DNA of 55,000 nucleotides from Prorocentrum cordatum (GCA_963575745.1 CAUYUJ010000193.1:62001-117000); one strand, 5' to 3'; numbered from the stretch's first letter, positions 36,272-50,585 are shown. The notes: generated from the sequence alone by a model not told the origin. Numbers and translations are program-made.

Positions 36272-38675
36272 ATATATACTGACGAAGTGCGCGCGCGCGT
36301 CGTCGCGCTCGAATGCAGGAACATCTGAAAACAAACAAACATTCGGAGTCATCAGGGGAAGCATGGTTTCGCAGCGCAAATGTTCAAAACAGGTTTGCGC
36401 CCGCGCTCTTGCGAATTCCGCAGAACATCCCGTCGGGTTCTTTTATGCTGTCTAAGCGTGGTTCCAAATTGGCCTCGCGCGCGCGTCGAAATCGCGCGAG
36501 CGCCATTGCGCGCGTGCTGCCGCGAGAATCCTTTAAACCAAGCGGGAGAAAGTGCACGCGCGCGCGTCGCCGCGCGCGCGCGCGTGCCGACATTTTCGAG
36601 CAAACCTCAGGTTTTGCAAGGATTTCAAGATCGAGCGCCCCGAACATATAGCAAACGCGCGGTTTTGCAACCGTAGTTTTCAAAACATCCTCCGCCCGCG
36701 TTCTTTCGGATTATTCAGACAACCATATGTGTTCCAATTTTTTTGTCGGATTCTGCCAATCGGGCCTCTCGTGCCGCGTGCCAATTTCATTCGAACGCCA
36801 TTGCGCGCGTGCTGGGGGGGGGGGGGGGGGGGGCGCGCGATCCGTGTCAGATAACGCCGCGCGGGCCACTCGCGCGCGTCTGCCGCGCGCGCGTGTCAAA
36901 CTCCTTCGAATGCCTTTATCGCCGACGCGAGGACGCCGTCATTGTCGTCGGCGTGGTCAACATCGGCGTCGTCGCTGGCGGTGTCGTCGCTGTTGCCGCC
37001 ATCGTCGCCAGCGCCGCAACTATCACCGTCGTGTCTACTTTCGTCGACGTTGCCATGATGCCGCGCCCGCCCAGGTCGCCGACTCGCACTGAAGTGCCCG
37101 CTGGAAGTGCCCCGGAGGGCAGCGCCGCCGCGGCCGCGTCGCGTGCCGACCAAGTTGGCCCTTGCGCGCTCGAGCGTGCGCGGGCTGGCGCGGCCGCAGA
37201 AAACCATGGTCGAATTGCCACCGCGCGGGCCTCTCGCGCGCGTCTGCTGCGCGCGCGTATAACCTTCGTCGCCGACCCCGTGACGTCGCCATTGTTATCG
37301 GCGGGCGTGATCAACGTCGGCGCCGTCCATGGCCTTGCCGTCGTCATCGCCGCCATCGTCACCACCATCATTTTTTCATAATCGCGTCTACCGTTGTCGG
37401 CGTTGCCATGGTACCGCGCCCGCTCAACTCGCCGACTGAAGTGCCCCGCAGGTGAGTGCCAAGCGGTCAGCGCAACCGCGGCCGCGTCGGTCGCGCCAAA
37501 CTAGCTGGCCGCTGTGCGGGGCGTGCGCGGGCTAGCGCGGCTTCAGGGATGCCTCAGCCAACGCCGAACACTCATCGCAATCGGGCTTTGCAAACCAAGT
37601 TGCGGGTGGGCGTGCGGGGCGTTTGCGAGAGCATGGAATTCTTCCCCCCCGCGTGTGATTCTGCCACATCGTCCATCCTAATTGTGAATTCGTAGTATCC
37701 CCGCCAAACCGGTATCGCCCCCCCCCCCCCGCTTCCGTCACCCTCTGTAACGGATCCTCTGCGCGCGCAATCGCCTATGAAGAGTCATAAGTTTCCAAGA
37801 GTGCCCTGCAACATATGACACGAAGTGCGTGCGCGCGCGTCCTCGCGCGCGCATGTCGAAATCCGGTAAAAACATTCGTATCGGAAGGATTTCAAAATTA
37901 AGGGTCAAAAAACGGTATGAACACACAGGGTTTTGCAACCAGTCTTTCCCCAAAAACTTGCGCGCGCGCGCTCGTGTGAATCCTTACAAAAACCATAGGT
38001 TTTCCCCCTACAACAATTTTCCGAACATGTCACTAAACGGGCTTCGCGCGCGCATGTCGAAATCGTTGGAACGCCCTTGCGCGTGTGTTGGCATGGCAGG
38101 ATCCGTGTCCAATAATACCATGCGGGCCACTCGCGTGTGTGCCGCGCGCGCGTTTCGAACTCCTTCCAAGACCTTCATCACCGACGCGATGACGCCGTCA
38201 TCGTCGTCGGCGTGATCAGCATCGGCGCCGTCATTGGCTGCCCCGTCGTCGCTGTCCGCATCGTCGCCAGCATCGCTACTACCAGCATCGTGTCTGCCGT
38301 TGTCGGCGTTGCCATGATACCACGCCCGCTCAAGTCGCCGACTAGAACTGAAGTGCCCTCTTGGATGTGCCGAGCGGTCAACGCCACCGCGTTCGCGTCG
38401 GTCGCGCCAAATTAGCTGGCCGCTGCGCGCGAGAACATGCGCGCGCTAGCGCGGCAACAGAAATCCACCAGTCAACACCCAGCACTCAGCGTAATCGCTG
38501 CCGCATGGGTATCGCAATTCAAGATGGGGGTGGGATGATTGTGCGAGTAGTGGAGTGGACAACCTCAAGTTCGCACAACATCTATTTCCTTTTCCAATAA
38601 GGAAATCGGTTCTACCACCCTCCCCCCGGGCTAAAGACCCCCAGGGAACCTATGTAAAACACACAGGATTTTGAC

Positions 38676-39518
38676 TTAATGTCCATTTAATTCGGTGAGT
38701 CTGAATGTGAGTATAGTGATTACGAGTTTAAATCTGAATGGGTCTGGGTAAGAGTGAGGTTGGCTACGAGTGAATCTGACGGTAGGTGGGTCTGAGTGCG
38801 AGTGATCGTGAGCGTGAGAAGATCTGCAAGTGAGTGGGTCTGAGTACGGGTGAGTCTGACTATGACTGAGTCTGAGGGTGGGTGGGTGCAAGTGTGAGTG
38901 GGTCTGAGTGTGCGTAAGTCTGGGTGCGAATGAGCTTGAGTGTGAGTGTGATGAGTGCGAGTCTGAGTATGAGTGAGCCTGAGCACGAGTGAGTTTGAGC
39001 ATAAGTACGTCTAGGACATCCTCGCAATCTGGGCCTTCTGGGAGTGCGGCAACCAGCGCTCTGCCATAGACATCCTCAGAATCTGCTTTGACAGCAAACG
39101 AGTCTGACCACCCAAACACGCAAACCGCTTGAGACATCTTCGAAATCTGGCCCCCCTGGGGTGCGAAAGCCAGCGCCTCGCCTGAGACATCCTCAGAATC
39201 TGCTCCGACAGCGGAGGATCTTGAGGACCAAAACAGGCAAACCGCTTGAGACATCCCCACCATTTGGGCACGAACGGAGGCCGTGCAATACCCCTGGCGG
39301 CCTCCCCTTAGGAGTGCTGAAACCAGCAAGCCGCCTGAGACATCCTCAGAATCTGTTTCGAAAGCGGAGGATGTTGCGGACCGCAACAGGCAAACCGCTT
39401 GAGACATCCCCACCATTTGGGCGCGAACGGAGGCCGTGCAATACCCTTGGCGGCCCCCTCTTAGGAGTGCTAAAACCAGCAAGCCGCTCGAGACATCCTG
39501 ATCATCTGCTCATCGTCG

Positions 39519-39561
<43 letters not shown>

Positions 39562-41098
39562 TATCATCACCACCATCATCATCATCATCATCACCTGCTC
39601 ATCGTCATCATCACCATCATCAGCAGCATCTTCATCATCATCATCATCATCATCATACTCATTCATCATTCGTCATCATCATACTCACATCATGCTCTCA
39701 CCATACCTTTGTTATCATCATGACAATCATCATCATCATCATCATCATTGTCCAGTGCAGGGATGGATGGTATGGGTGGTATGGGTGGTCTGGCGCGGTC
39801 GGAGAACTATTCACTGCGTGGAGCCCCCCATCTGGGCATCTACTCGCATGGACCTGTCCGCCGTGAATGTCTAGGCGCAAGAGTTTTCGAATATAAACGG
39901 GCTTGAGTTGTGACGGTCTGGTCATGAATCTAACTGCGACTGAATTGGAGTGTGAATAAGCCTCAGTAGTACGAGCGCGTCTCTGCGTATGAGCCTGGGG
40001 CCTCCTGGGGCCTCCTGAAACCTACTGGGGCTTCCTGGGGCCTCCAGGAGCCTCGTGGGGCCTCCTGGGGCCTCCTGGTACCTCCTGGGGAGGATTCGTG
40101 CCCCAGGAGAGGCCCAATCTATAGCAACAGACGTACATAAAACATTGCGGATTGGAGCCACAGGAGACGGGCAATTTGTAGGAACACACGTAAAACACCA
40201 AGGACTCCTGCCCCAGGAAAGGCCCAATAATTATATATATCTATATTTATATTTATATTTATGTATATATATATATATGTACATATATACATACGCATAA
40301 GTAACACATTTTGGATTGTGTACAAAGGAGAAGGATAATCTATAGAAACGTACGTATAACATCAAGGATTCGTGCTCCAGGTGAGGCCCAATATATAGGA
40401 GCATACGTAAAACACATGGGATTGGAGCCACTCCTGTTGCCTTCTGAGGCCTCCTGCTCCTGGGGCCTCTCGGGGCCTCCTGTTGCCTTCCGAGGCCTCC
40501 TGGCGCTTCCTGTGGCCTCCTGGGGTCTCCTGTGGCTTCCTGGGGCCTCCTGGAGCTTCTGGGGCCTCCTGAAGCCTCTTGGGACATCCTGTGGCCTCTT
40601 GAGTCTTTCTGTGGCCTCCTGATGCCTCCTGGGACCTCATGTGGCCTCCTGGGGCCTCCTGGAGCTTGTTGGAGCCTCCTGTGGCATCCTGAAGAGAATC
40701 TGTGCCCACGAGTCTGACCACCCAAACAGGCAAACCGATCGAGACATCCTCAACATCTGGCCCACCTGGGGGGTGAAATTGAGCGCCTCGCTCAATACAT
40801 CCTCCAAATCTGCTCCGAAAGCGGAGGATCCTGAGGACCAAAACAGGCAAACCGCTCGAGAGATCCCCGCCATTTCGGCGCGAACGGAGGCCGTGCAATA
40901 CCCCTGGCGGCCCCCCCTCAGGAGGCGAGACATCTGCTCGGAAAGCGGAGGATGTTGCGGACCAAAACAGGCAAACCGCCTGAGACATCCCCGCCATCTG
41001 GGCGCGAACGGAGGCCGTGCAATACCCCTGACGGCCCCCCCTTAGGAGTGCTAAAACCAGCAAGCCGCCTGAGACATCCTCATCATCTGCTCATCGTC

Positions 41099-41148
<50 letters not shown>

Positions 41149-41231
41149 TATCATCATCATCATCATCATCATTATCATCATCACCACCATCATCATCATC
41201 ACCTGCTCATCGTCATCATCATCATCATGTC

Positions 41232-41263
<32 letters not shown>

Positions 41264-41270
41264 CCATCAC

Positions 41271-41357
<87 letters not shown>

Positions 41358-41568
41358 TATCAACATCACCATATTCATCCATCACCCAGTCACCATCACC
41401 ATCATACTCACATCATGCTCTCACCATACCTGGGTTATCATCATGACAATCATCATCATGATTGTCCAGTGCAGGGAGGGAGGAGGGGAGTTGCAGAGAG
41501 GGAGGAGGGGATGAGTGGTCCGGCGCGGTCGGAGAATAGCAAGAACCCCATCCTCTGGATATAGTGAA
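38676..41568. mobile_element. Composite repeat insertion: (GAGTCT/GTGA)-rich tract, GAGACATCC modules, (ATC)n and GGCCTCCTG repeats; internally duplicated
   Basis: 39100-39810 is duplicated at 40710-41540. It ends in AGCAAGAACCCCAT-cctctggat-ATAGTG, a degenerate form of the 593-620 terminus, and the macro-repeat resumes at ~41570. Confidence 0.65.
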
Positions 41569-41569
41569 C

Positions 41570-41594
41570 AAAACGTGCGCACGCGCTCTTGCGC

Positions 41595-41628
<34 letters not shown>

Positions 41629-42136
41629 CCTCCTTTCTCGTCGTCGTCGTCGCCGTCGCCGTCGTCGTCCTCTGTCTTTCCTCTTCGTCGTCGTCCTCCT
41701 CCTCTTGGCGTCGTCGTCGTTTCCGTCGTCGTTGTCGCCGTGGTCGTCCTTCCTCCTCCCTCGTCGTCGTCGTCCGTCGTCGGCGTCTCGTCGTCGTCCC
41801 TCCTATTTCGTCGCCGTCGTCGTCGTCGTCGTCGTCGGCTTTCCTCCTCCCTCGTCGTTGTCGTCGTCGGCGTCGCCGTCCTCCCTCCTTCTTCGTCGTT
41901 AGCGTCGTCGCCGTCCTCCCTCCTCCCTCGTCGTTGTCTTCGTTGTCGCCGTCGTCGTCCTCCCTCCTCCCTCGTCCCTCGTCGTCGTCTTCGTTGACGA
42001 CGTCGTCGTCGTCTTCGTCGTCGTCGTCGTCGGCGGCGTCGTCGTCGTCTTCGGCGTGGTCGTCGTCGTCGTCGTCGTCGGCGTCGTCGTCGTCGGCGTC
42101 GTCGTCGTCGTCGGCGTTGTCATCGTCGTCGTCGTT

Positions 42137-42177
<41 letters not shown>

Positions 42178-43132
42178 TGTCATCGTTGTCAGAGTCGTTG
42201 GAAACGCCGTTGGTGTCGTCGTGGTCGTCGTTGTCGGCGGCGGCGTCGTCGTCGTCGTCGTTGTCACTGCCGTCGTCGGCGTCGGTGTCGTTGCCAAGTG
42301 CTATTGGGTACCTACCGTCACGGTCTTAAGAGGTCTTGCGACCAAGTTGCGGGTGGGAGGGTGGAATGCTTGCACGACCAGTGGAGAGGACAGCTTCAAG
42401 TTGAGCAAGTGATTGATTCTCCTTTCTAAAAGACTAATAGATTCTACCCCCCCCCCCCCGGACTTATCGGGTCCGCCGCGCGTGCTGTAAATCACATATG
42501 ATTCTGACCACATGTCCATCTCAAATATGAATTCATATCATCCCAGCCAAGCCGGTATCCCCCCCCTGCGGTTCCCTTGTAAAAAACACTATGCGGTGAC
42601 ATGTTTTGTTCTAACATAGCACTTTTTCACGAATCCCTTGCAAAAAATGGGACGAAGTGCACACGCGCGCGTCGTGGCTCGCGCATGCCGAAATCCTTCA
42701 AAAACCTTCGGTTCCGGAGAGATTTCAAAATTGAATTTCCCAAAAACATATAAAAACACACATGGTTTCGCTGATTTGCAAAAAAAACTTACGCGCGAGC
42801 TTTTGCGAAATCTTAAGAAAACCATAGGTTTTCCAAGATTTTCACAAAATGCTACCAAACGGGCTTCGCGCGCGCGCATGTCGAAATTTGTCGAACGCCC
42901 TTGCGCGTGTGCCGTCGCGAGAATCCTCTGCAAAAAATGGGACGAAGTGCAGACGCGCGCGTCGTCGCGGGCGTATGCCGAAATCCTTCAAAAACCTTCG
43001 GTTTCGGAAGGATTTCGAAATCGTGCGTCCAAAAAACATACAAAAACACAAGGTTTCGCAACACGGGTTTTCAACAAAATTGCGCGCGCGCGCTCTTGCG
43101 TCGTCGTCATCGTCGTCGTCCTCCCTCCTCCC

Positions 43133-43164
<32 letters not shown>

Positions 43165-43990
43165 TTCTGTCTTTCCTCGTCGTCGTTGTCGTCGTCTTGG
43201 CGTCGTCGTCGTTTCCGTCGTCGTTGTCGCCGTGGTCGTCCTTCCTCCCTCGTTGTCTTCGTCGGCGTCTCGTCGTTGTCCTTCCTGTTTCGTCGCCGTC
43301 GTCGTCGTCCGTCGTCGTCGTCGTCGTCGTCGTGGTCTTCACTCCTCCCTCGTCGTTATCCTCCTCCCTCGTCGTCGTCGTCCGTCGTCGGCGTCTCGTC
43401 GTCGTCCCTCCTATTTCGTCGCCGTCGTCGTCGTCTTCGTCGTCGTTGTCATCGTCGTCGTCTTCCCTCCTCCCTCGTCGTTGTCGTCGTCGGCGTCGCC
43501 GTCCTTCCTCCTTCTTCGTCGTTGGCGTCGTCGCCGTCTTCCCTCCTCCATCGTCGTTGTCGTCGTTGTCGCCGTCGTCGTTTTTTCTCCTCCCTCGTCG
43601 TCGTCTCCGTTGGCGACGTCGTCGTCGTCTTCGTCGTCGTCGTCGGCGTCGTTGTCGTCGTCGTCGGTGTCGTCGTCGTCGTTGTCGTCGTCGAAAACAT
43701 TGGAGACGTCGTCGGTGTCGTCGCAGTCGCTGTCGGCGGCGCCGTCGTCGTCGATGTCGCTGTCGTCGTCGGCATCGGTGTCGTGGCCAAGTGCCATGCA
43801 GTACCTACCGTCACGGTCTTGTCTGAAGATGTCTTGCGACCAAGTTGCGGGTGGGAGGGTGGGATGTTTGCACGAGCAGTGGAGAGGACAGCTTCAAGAC
43901 GGTCAAGATTAATTCCACCACATAGGTTGCACCACGTAGAGTGCACCGCATACAGTGCACCACATCGATCGAGCCACGTATATTGCTGGA
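41570..43990 (+). repeat. Macro-repeat array 3: subfamily with expanded (GTC)n module
   Basis: Anchors near 42338 and 43836; ~289-bp internal subrepeat (42638 versus 42927). GTC-expanded blocks 41590-42300 and 43100-43790 share diagnostic sequence with 31700-32480. Confidence 0.9.
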
Positions 43991-44719
43991 AATACACCAT
44001 TGGGGGTCCACGCAGGCTAACGTATATACATGCACCTATCCTCCTACGTTTGCATTCTTCGTGTACCTTGGGAAAGGGTGAGACCCTCCCCGAAACCTTT
44101 CCCCGTGGATCCGTGGTCCTGGGACCCCCTGGAGGTCCCTGCGTCGAGTCCTCCGGGCTCCGAGCATTCCGAGCATCCTGGACGCTCGCGCCGCCTAGCC
44201 AAGAGGCCCCGCGAGGGCCCCAAACGCTCATGCGCCCCCATGACGCCCGAAAACGACCCAAGGAAGATGCCCATGAGGCCATGGTAATGCAACCCATACG
44301 GACTTTCTTAGGCATGTGGTTTCATGTTTTCGGGGCGCTCAGGTGGTCGGTATTCCAGGCATCCGAGACTGCCCACAGTCTCCGAATATTGTATCATAAT
44401 TTACCAAAGGGGCATCCGGAGAGTCCAAGAGAGCGCCAAGACGGCCCGACGATAATTCCATGACGGATGGTCCCAACACGCCAACCAAGGCACTCGAACT
44501 CGTGGCCTGGTCGTTGAGGGATTCCGTGGTTGGCAGCAGGGTGGCCTCAAGAAAATTTTAGAGGCCCCCCAACACGCTCCCAGTCCCAAGGAGCCCCCAT
44601 TCTTTTCAGGCAGAGCAACACTCTGCAAAACAATGCAAGCCATGCGCAGCAATACAAACCAGTGCCAAGCACTGATCATCAAGGCAACACATTGCAAAGC
44701 AAAGCGATGCCACGCAATG

Positions 44720-45720
44720 CAAAACAACCTACGGCGCAACCCATGTCGCGGACTCTTGCGCAACCCGCTAGCGCGCGCAACCCATGGCGCAACCCGTGGG
44801 CGCAACCTTTGGCCACCGCGATTTTCTGGGCCCTCATGCGCAACCCGTGTCAAGATCCACGTGCGCAGCCCATGGCGCGATTGATGACCACTGAGCATTC
44901 CTGGCTCCTCGTGCGCGACCCGTGGCGCAGCCCCTGGGCGCAGCCTGCAGCGTAACGCACGGGCGCGGCCGGTGGACACTTTACTTCCTGGGCCCTTCTG
45001 CGCAACCCGTGGTGCAGCCCCGACGCTCGCAACCAGTGGCGCAAGCCCTGGGCGCAAACTGGTCACGGTCAACATGTACCGATTCTTCTCAGAGCCCCAG
45101 TAAGAACCCCTGAGCACAAGCATTACCAGGGCAACAGACACAGAGCAACTGCTACGGCTCATGATCCGTGCCACCCATGGCGCAACCCATGGGCTATCTT
45201 TGTGGCACCGGAGCAATAGCGGCACCCATGGATCAACCTATGGCAACAACCCGTGGCGCAACCCAGAGGCGCAGCATATGGCACCGAACAGTCAGTGGCA
45301 CCGTTGGCGCAACCCATGGCAGTGACCCATGGCGCAACGCATGGGCGCAGAAAAGTCAGCGGGACCCATGGGCCCATAGCGAAACCTATGGCCTAAGCCC
45401 ATGGCGCATTCATGGGCGTATCCTGTGGCGCCGAATGCATCAGTGGCACCGTTGGCGTAACCCATGGCCCCAACCCATGGCCCAGCCGATGGGCGCAGAG
45501 ATATCAGCGGCATCGTTGGCGCATCCCATGGATTCAGCCCATGCCGCATTCATGGGCGCGACGTACGGCGCCGAGTGAATCAACGACGCCCATGGCGCAG
45601 CCAATCGCCGCAACCCATGGCGCAGCGGACGGGCGCAACCTAGGTCACAGGAAAATCCGCGGCACCCATTGCCGCAACGCATGGCGCAACCCGTGGGTGT
45701 ATCCTATGGTACCGAAGCGT
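44720..45720. repeat. Degenerate CCCATGGCGCAA minisatellite field
   Basis: Recurrent GGCGCAACCCATGG / GGCGCAACCCGTGG motifs. Confidence 0.85.
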
Positions 45721-48700
45721 CGGCGGCGACCAATACCGAGCAGGACCTCTTGTGTGCTCCGGGCTTGTCGGTTTGCATAGCGTGGCCGTACAACGCGCCG
45801 CAGATTTACACCAGTTCGCAGATAGTGGATCTGCTCGGGACCAATCGGCCTACGTGGGTCGCAGCTGACACTACGGTGGAATACCTGAAGGCGGTGCAGT
45901 GGAACGCTGGTCCGGACCAGGTTTCCGACGTGCCAGAGAAGCCCATTTTCGACGTGACGGGCGAGTCTGTGCTGGAGATATCGCAACTCTCATCGAACGC
46001 AGTCGCAGACTTGCCGTTGTCGGTGTGGGCCCAGCGCCTTCGACATCGCCAATCGGCTGAGTGGGTCCCCGTTGCTTGTTGAGGGGTCCCGTCGCGACCG
46101 CGCGCGATTGTGGGCCAGGTTCGGCTTCTCATTGAGGCTGCTCTGCTGGTCGTTTAGCATCCACGGCAGGCGAATCCAGGGACAACCGCGGTTGCGACGC
46201 GGGTCACGAGCGTCAGACCTCGCAACCACTCGACGGGGCAGCGGTCGCGGCCGCAGCGAGCCGAACCCGCCTAACACATCAAGTGCGACCCAGCTTCAGC
46301 TTAGTGGAATGCTGCCGTGGCGGTGCGTGTGGGCTACAGCGTCACCATCGGCCTCGAGCCTGTTCGGCGCGCGATGATGCTCAGGTTCGGCGCAGACCAG
46401 GGCGCAGCGATTTTCTCGGTGTCAGGGGTCAGCTTTGCGTTGGCCGCGCGTGCGATCGAGGACACTTCGACGCCGCAGGTCGTGCTCACATAGGACGCGA
46501 TTGAAGGGGGCAAACCGGGCGATGGAGGACGGACACGCCATGCCGACTCAGCAGGTGCGCTTCGTGAAAGAACGAGAGGACCTGGCGGAGGGCGATCGTC
46601 TCCAGGCGGTCGGCAGCGACCCCGTGCAGCGCAAGCTGATTTAGCATTCGCTTATTTGCTCAAGATAGTCGAAAGCGCTGGCATGAGCCCGGGTGCCCTT
46701 CATGAGCGCAGCATCTGGCATGGCCAGTCGCGGCTCTACGCAACACTCCAGCCCGGACAGCACCCCTGGGCAAGCGCGACTAGCAGCGCTCCGGCGGGAA
46801 GGAAGACGGCGGTTCTGGGAGTGACCCCGAGTTGAGGGCATCACATGTTGCCCTGGCAGCTACTGGCTCTCCGCTCGCTGGCGCCGTCGTGCGCGTTGGG
46901 CTAGCCGCGTGAGTCTCCAGGGGCCATGCTGGTGCCACTGGCAGGCAAGATGTGGTGGACTTCCGTGGCCGTGTTTGGTGCGTGGAACAGCTTGTTTCAC
47001 GGCTCGGCAGCGCGTTCATGCTGCTGCGTGCGGAGGGTGGGGGTCCGCGGGGTCCGCCCAACACTAATGGCGGCCATGGATTATCCTTGTGTTTGAGGGC
47101 CCCCCGTAGCAGTGCGGATGCGCGGCGGCGCAACGAGGAGGGCAGCCTGTTGCGTGGCGAGCGCGAGCGTCAGCCTGCGGCACTGGTTGACGAAGCACAC
47201 TATTGACCGTGAATTCGAGAAGCGGTTCGCCGAGGAAATGTCTTTTCTCCCCGGGGCGCTCCAGACTCATACCCTCATGCAAGACAAGACTGCGTGCGCG
47301 TGGCTAAAGGGCCGACGCGACCTCGAGCGACAGTTCCCCGTGCTCGTGGGCGCGTCTGACATGGAGCGATGGTGCTTCGCGACAGCCCCCGCCCGCCAGC
47401 GCCGCGCCGGAGGCTGCGAAGTGGCAGGAGCGATGTTGAGCTGCCGCCTTTACGATCGCTGTCTCGAATGCGCGGGGGAGGCACGCGGAGCTTGGACAGG
47501 CCCCCTGCGGGCCGACGTGGAGCGGGTTGCGACGACCGAGGGCTGTTCTGGTTACGTCGCCGCACTACCATTCTGGGGCTGGCTGGCCAGCGGCGCTCGC
47601 GCGCTGCGTCGCGCCCTCGGCTCCGCGCTCGCTTTGGCGAGTGCCTGGCGCACCAGGTGCGGCCCCTGGTCCGCCCCGCGTCGCGTCCGCTTCGCGTTCT
47701 CTCCGCCCGCGGGCTCGCGGTGCCTCCTGGCGCCGCCGCTCGCGCTGGCCTCTCCGTCGCGGGGTGCAGCCCGCCGCGTCTGCGGCTCCCGCTCTCCCGC
47801 CTGCGCCCGCTCCTGCTGCTGCTGCCAGAGGCGTTCGAGCGCCTTGCCGGGCGGGGGGGCTGCCTTCATTTTCGGGCGCCCGGCTTCTCCGTGCCTCAGG
47901 GTGGTCGAGGCTGCTCCCCCCCCCGCGCGGCCCGCGCGCGCGCGCCCCGACTGCGCGGCGCCTGCGCGCGGGCCGCCGTTGGCCGGCGCCCTGCCGTGCC
48001 AGGCGCCCTGCCGCGCCCGACTCGCGCGGGCCTCGGCCCGCCGCCTCTGCTCTTCTCTTATGGTGGCCTCGCAGGGCACTCCCCGATCTGTCGGGGTTTT
48101 CATGCTCGGCCGTTCGCTCCACGCTGGGCGCCGTGGGCCGCCCCGGCTCCTCGCGTCTTTCTTGCGCTGTCGGGGTTGGCTGCGCGCTGATGGTGGCGTT
48201 CGGAGGCCTGGCCTTGCCCCGGGGGCCACCCTGCGCATGTTTGGGCCCGGCGACGCTGCGCTTGTAAGGGTGCCTCGGCCTGCCTGTCCCTTGGGGCGGC
48301 CAGTCGCCCCCCCTCCCAGCGGCGCGCGCCCGTCCTTGTCTGCGTTGCAGCCGGCGCGGGTTGCGACGCCGCTGCTGGCCGCTCCAGTGCCGGTGCAGTC
48401 CGCGCAGCCTGGCGCTTTCCTCGCGGTCGGCGGGGCATGTGCTTCCCTGGCCCATCGTGGAGGTGTCAGCTGCGCGTCGGCTCGGTCGGCCTCCCTGGGC
48501 GGCCCTGTGCTCTGCCCCCCCCCATTCGGTGGCGCCCCGTTGGCCGTGGCCTGGCTGCCCCTCGTGGTCCGCGTGCTGCCCTGTCTGCGGTGCTGCTGGG
48601 CGCTGTCCTCGGCCCGCCTGTCCTTCTGTCCGCGTTGCTACTGGCCCAGGTTCTGACGCCGTTGCCGGTCGCCTCGCTGCCGCGTGGAGCCTGTGCAACT

Positions 48701-50004
48701 TGGCGTGTCGTTTCCTCTGCTCAGCGGGGCGCGCTCTCTTTCTGGCCCATCGTGGAGTCGCTGGTCTTGCCGTCGCTACTCGGTCGGCCTCCTCGGGAAG
48801 CCCTGGGCTCTGCCCTCTCCAGAGCTGCCTTCTCGGCCATGGCTAAGCGGCATCCCGGCGTCGTTTGATTCTGCGCGCCGCCTGGTGGGTCGTCCTCCCC
48901 CCTCTTTGTCCCGCCGTCGCGCGTCGCCGCTCCCTTGCTGTCTCTGCTCGCCCCTCGGGCTGTTGCCCAGGGCTTCGTCGTCCTCCCCCAGTCGTCGGGT
49001 CGTTGCCGTCGCTCCCCGCCCCCCTCTCCCGGCTTCGGGCTCGCCCCGGGCGCTGGCGCCGCCTCCTCCTCTGCCCAATGCTGTTGTTGCTCTCTTGGGT
49101 CGTCCGCCAGGGCATGGGCGCCCCTGTCTTTGAGGGTCTTCAAGCCTGTCCTCGCCGACCGGCGCCGCTGCCGGGGCCATCTGCTCTCCTTTCGCCGCTT
49201 TGCCGCCTGCGTCATATGCGTGTTACTGTTCCTGTCGCGCGCGCGTGTCCTTCTCTGCATCCGTCAACCGCGCGTCGGCTGCCCCAAGTCGGCGCGCGCT
49301 CGGCGGTGGCCACCTCAGCGTTGATGCCCTCGCTGTGTGTGGCCAGCCAGCCAGCGAACAAAACATGTGCTCAAGGATTGCCGTTCTTCAAATTCGGATT
49401 GCCTTGATGTTCCCAGCGATGCAGCGCGGTTGGCGACTCTCCAGGCCGCGGGCGTAAATTGTGTTCGTGTTCCCGTGCGTGCGTGGGTGGGCATGGAACT
49501 GTGTGCGCGCGCGGGTAGGCGCATCGCAGCGCGACGAAGAAACGGTTGCAACGATGTGAAAGGGGCTTGGGAAGTTTCGGATTGTTTTCGTATCGTTTTG
49601 ACGTGGCTCTTGATTTGAATGGCGTGAGTCGTGTGTGGTTTGCCTGTGCTTGGCTTTCGTCCATAAGAAGTTGGCGCAGCATTGGCTCGGGTCGTAATTC
49701 GGGGCGGGTCTTACCCCTGGAGGTTTCTAGTACATTGGACTGCGGGGCAGGACGTCTCTGGCTGATGTGGCGCTGGGGGCCGCCCGCAGCGCGAACCGCT
49801 TTTGATGCCGCGTGGGGCGTCGCGTCGGATGGGCGTGTTTGGCGCTTGGTATGATGTTTGACTGACATCATTTGTTACATTGGCATGGGCCTTGAGTGAT
49901 CTGGCGATTGCAAATTTCTCACAAGCGATTCAGTTGCTTTCGGTGGTTTCTCCACTGGCCCGCCAAAGGCGTCTTGCCGAAATCGCGCATGCGCGCCCGT
50001 CAAG

Positions 50005-50585
50005 TCAGTTCACTGGTTCATCAGTTCATTGGTTCTTTGCTTGGCGGCTTCACTAGTTGACCGATTCGCAAGTCAATGGGTTCACGCGTTCATTGGGTCA
50101 CTGGTTTACCAGTCCATTGTTTCTTGGATTCGCCAGGTCACGTGCTCGCGGATTCCCGGGTGTTCGGTCTCACGAGAAGCGTTTCGGCCCTCAGCTGGAA
50201 TCCGAACTGCCCATGCCCTAGTCACTTAGGTCTCTTGGGCATAGGCCCGAAGCCCGAAGCCCGCAGCCGTGGGCACTCGGTCTTTTCTGGTTCACGGGTT
50301 CATCTGTTCACTGGTGCGCAAGTTCATTTGTTCGCGGGTCCCGTGCTCCACTGTTTCGCCAGTTTATTATCACCAGCTTATTGGTTTATTTATTAGTTCA
50401 GTGTTTCATTGGTTCAGCAGGGTTCATTGGTCCACGGGTTCTCGGGTTCACCCGTTCACGGACTCGCAGGTCCAAGGGTTCCCCAGGTGTGTTCGCCGGT
50501 CCACCCGTTCACCAGATCTTTTGTCCATTGGTTCGCTGGTTCATTGGTTCCCGGCTTGACGGGTTGACGGGGTCTCGAATTCACG
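50005..50585. repeat. Degenerate ~8-bp GGTTCA(C/T)T repeat
   Basis: Recurrent GTTCACTGGTTCATTGG motifs. Confidence 0.75.

Larger units (their letters stand above)
25125..38675 (+). repeat. Macro-repeat array 2 (same family as array 1), interrupted by elements C and D
   Basis: Anchor variants near 27305, 28539, 29539, 32518, 34778, 37591 and 38514; same module order as array 1. Confidence 0.9.

Noticed and set aside
47565..49400. Several 200-500 aa overlapping ORFs
   Set aside because: Very GC-rich, stop-poor sequence open in many frames on both strands, with no recognisable domain or consistent codon bias.
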